Positions 61,301 through 64,000 of a stretch of DNA of 64,000 bases are shown one piece after another (position 1 is the stretch's first letter; the number at the start of each line of letters is the position of its first letter). A program made the position numbers and the translations under genes. The notes beneath the pieces were generated by a model, which did not search any database, was not told the origin of the DNA, and saw only the letters and a list, made by a program, of their open reading frames with translations. This stretch comes from Podarcis liolepis (taxonomy: Eukaryota), in the NCBI GenBank assembly GCA_965112155.1, contig OZ218100.1; one strand, written 5' to 3'.

Positions 61301-61409
61301 TGGGAGAACAGATCATATTTAGGTTGGAATTGGTGGATTTCAATGACACTTCCAATCATCTAAGTCTATAAATAATTTAAGAAACTCTGTGCCACAAGTA
61401 TTTCATATA

Positions 61410-61685
61410 CAGGGCATGATCTGGGAGGGGATGCAAACCCTATGAATGAGAAAGTGCATAGCTTTTGGGTTCTCCTGAATACTTCTTTATCATTACAGGC
61501 CCAAGTGTCCTCAGTGGCTAAGAGTACCTTTCACCAGCTTTGTCTGGTTCACCAGCTAAGGCTGTTCTTGGACAAAGATAGTTTGACTACTTTAGTCCAT
61601 GCACTGGTAAACCCAAGGATGGATTACTGTAATGCTCTGTGTGTGGAATTGCTCTTGGGCCTTGTTTAGAAGCTCCAGCTTATGC
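61410..61685 (+). mobile_element. L2 ORF2 internal fragment, old
   Basis: ORF 61442-61669: VHSFWVLLNTSLSLQAQVSSVAKSTFHQL..LVHALVNPRMDYCNAL, homologous to the L2 at 20964-21449. Confidence 0.85.
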
Positions 61686-61693
61686 CACACAAC

Positions 61694-61907
61694 TGATGCC
61701 CAACATGGGGCTCAAACCCATGACCCCGAGATTAAGAGTCTCATGCTCTACCACAGGCTTCCTCAACCTCGGCCCTCCAGATGTTTCTGGCCTACAACTC
61801 CCATGACCCCTAGCTAGAAGGACCAGTGGTCAGAGATGATGGGAATCAAAACGTCTCAAAACATCTGGAGGGGCAAGGTTGAGGAAGCCTGCTCTACCGA
61901 CTGAGCT
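61694..61907 (-). pseudogene. tRNA-Lys(CUU) pseudogene/retrocopy interrupted by a MITE
   Basis: Removing 61754-61891 and one TSD copy gives, on the minus strand, AGCTCAGTCGGTAGAGCATGAGACTCTTAATCTCGGGGTCATGGGTTTGAGCCCCATGTTGGGCATCA, matching vertebrate tRNA-Lys-CTT with mostly CpG-type changes. Confidence 0.88.
61754..61891. mobile_element. Palindromic hAT-type MITE
   Basis: TIR CAGGCTTCCTCAACCT / AGGTTGAGGAAGCCTG; TSD CTCTACCA / CTCTACCG. Confidence 0.92.
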
Positions 61908-64000
61908 GGGATGTTGGGCATTTGCTTGGAGAGTCTGCATAGCAGTTTTTGACAAACGTGGTGCCTTAAGTTACATAGAACATAGCAAAAACACAAACAA
62001 AAGAAAACAAAACAACACCAGATTTCAAAATAATGGTGGCTGCTTATGTCATTGAACTATTTGGTGCATCTTTGCTTTTGAAAGAAAAAGGATCATGGTA
62101 TCAGGCTATGTTCTAAGCACAGCTGTAACGCAGAATGAAAAATGAATGAATCATAAAGTTTATAGCTGGCTTTTAACAAGTATCTAGAGTCATGATGGAC
62201 CTAAGTTGACCTTTCCAAATAAGACTCACCAGATCCTATACTAACGTGCATGAATTAAAATAGGATACTGCCTGATGAAATAGGATACTAAGCTTAGGAA
62301 AACGAATTGAGTGGAGGAAGAAGGAGACAGTCCCTATGTTCTTGCAAAAAGAGAGCAAAAGGGGAAAAAATCTACTCCAATCATCTCTCAATAAAAAATT
62401 CAAGGCAGGTGTTTTGTGACTTGAACAATTATACTTACACTTCATTACTTCTCCATGATGTTATTATAGTCAAATCTGAATTTCTCCAAAATGTGTAGAA
62501 AAGTCATTTTCATTGCCATCCGTATTGTTTCATGGTATTATAACCGTATATACTTAAAGATGAGGAAGCAGCCAAAAGACAGGGACGTGTAGTAACAGCA
62601 GATACAACTATGTTTAAAGGCCAATACAGCAACATGTAGGTTTTAAAGAAATGTATTACTATTCTGGTGTCCACATTCTATTTCAGAAGGATGAAGGACT
62701 AACTAATAATGGTTAGGGTGACCTCCAGAGAAGGAATAATAAATGACAACCAGCACTCTGCTGAATCATGTGGGGGGAAATCCTGAAACTACTGCTGCAA
62801 GTGGGTTATTTGTTTCCCAATGTATGTACTTTCAGGCTCCAGGCTGATTCCAGAAAGCCCATGGACTTCTCCTGGCCTGATATAATTGTAAAGACTTCCA
62901 GTGAGAAGGTGAGTTGTTGCCTGGGCAATAGACAACATTGGCTATGTCTCTAGGCTCACTGACTGCCATGTGCAAGATTTCCCCTCAGGCCCAGGTCCCA
63001 GTGATTCAGGTTTCTCACTTCATGCTTGGCTTTCTTCTTGAGGCTGTCTACAAAGGTCAGCAGCCCACTCAAGGTAATATGAGTTGTATCCTGCATCGAA
63101 CCTCTGTGGGACAGGCATACGTTTTCCACTTTCAGAGCTGCAAGTCTGGTGCTGGTCACACAAACACTCCATTTGCTAATTAAAATGAAAATTCTGTGCC
63201 TCCACAAACAGAAGGTAAATACCCAGAAAATAGCTTCCCGTTTCTGTGACCCATTTTACAGGAAAACAATGGCTCAATGTGAAGTAGATCTTTAGTATTT
63301 CTGTCATGCTGATTAATGTAATTGGGGGAATATGCCTGAGCCTTGCCTAAGGAAGAAGCAAGTACAACCTTAATGAGTTTCCTTGATACTGCAACTAGCT
63401 TAAATAAAATAAGAATACAATTAAGCTTATTCAAATGTAAGAGTAAATCAGGATGTCATTAACTATTGTTCAGAGCACTGGAGTGTAAAGAATATGCTTT
63501 TATGTTTGCTGCAATAGGGAAAGAAAAAGAAAAAGAAACCCTCATACACTTTTAATATTGAAGGCCTAGGACAGAATGCAGCTGAAGAAAAGGGAGTTAA
63601 ATAGTAGTTTAAAAATAGCCAGGGTTGTATGGTATGACTTTCATGCATAATAAAAGAACCAATGTGAATTTGCATGTAGAACAGCCAGAACACCTGGGAA
63701 GACTGGCTTTCTGCATGAAACAATGAAAAATGAGTTTCTTGCAGACTCATTTGCTGGAGTTGGGAAACTGAGTCCCAGCTTTGTAACTGACAGCATGCAG
63801 GTGGACAGCATTGCTCAGCTGCCCTATTGAATTTATTGCAGCTGCCCAGGCACAAGCTGCCCACCACACTGCAGGACTGATAAGAAAGAACTAACACCTT
63901 GTTTTGCACCCTGGATACAATATGACAAGGGAATCAACACCGCTAAGCACTAATCAGTGTTCCTGTTTAGAAGTCTCAACATGTCAAGTGACCCATTTTC

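Noticed and set aside
1-64000. Host protein-coding gene, rRNA, intact tRNA gene, or CRISPR/prokaryotic systems
   Set aside because: No recognisable exon or RNA gene found by eye; the sequence is vertebrate and its repeats are transposons or two-copy duplications, not repeat-spacer arrays. Short exons could have been missed

Overview
Repeat-rich, apparently non-genic (intergenic or intronic) vertebrate DNA. The repeat content (Sauria SINEs, BovB/RTE, L2, L1, CR1 tails, many hAT and Tc1/mariner MITEs) points to a squamate, probably a lacertid lizard (inference). I found no convincing host protein-coding exon; the recognisable ORFs are LINE ORF2 remnants. The main feature is a 7.8-kb, very young LTR element at 50614-58397. 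It has 785/783-bp LTRs that differ by eye at one substitution plus a G-run length, a perfect GCTAC target-site duplication (TSD), a tRNA-Lys(CUU) primer-binding site (PBS) and a structured leader. Its 6.2-kb interior has no gag/pol/env ORF and instead contains tandem duplications and host-repeat fragments, so it looks like a non-autonomous, non-coding retroelement mobilised in trans. A ~26-bp U5-leader helix can form only at the 5' LTR, immediately after AATAAA. Other notable items: a CCA-like-ended tRNA-Lys(CUU) retrocopy split by a MITE, two divergent LTR-like repeats ending in CACGCAA rather than TG...CA, an RTE LINE with a ~27-bp TSD, an L1 with an LTR fragment replacing part of ORF2, and several nested insertion stacks whose order can be read from TSDs. 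All family names come from recognition by eye, not from a database search.
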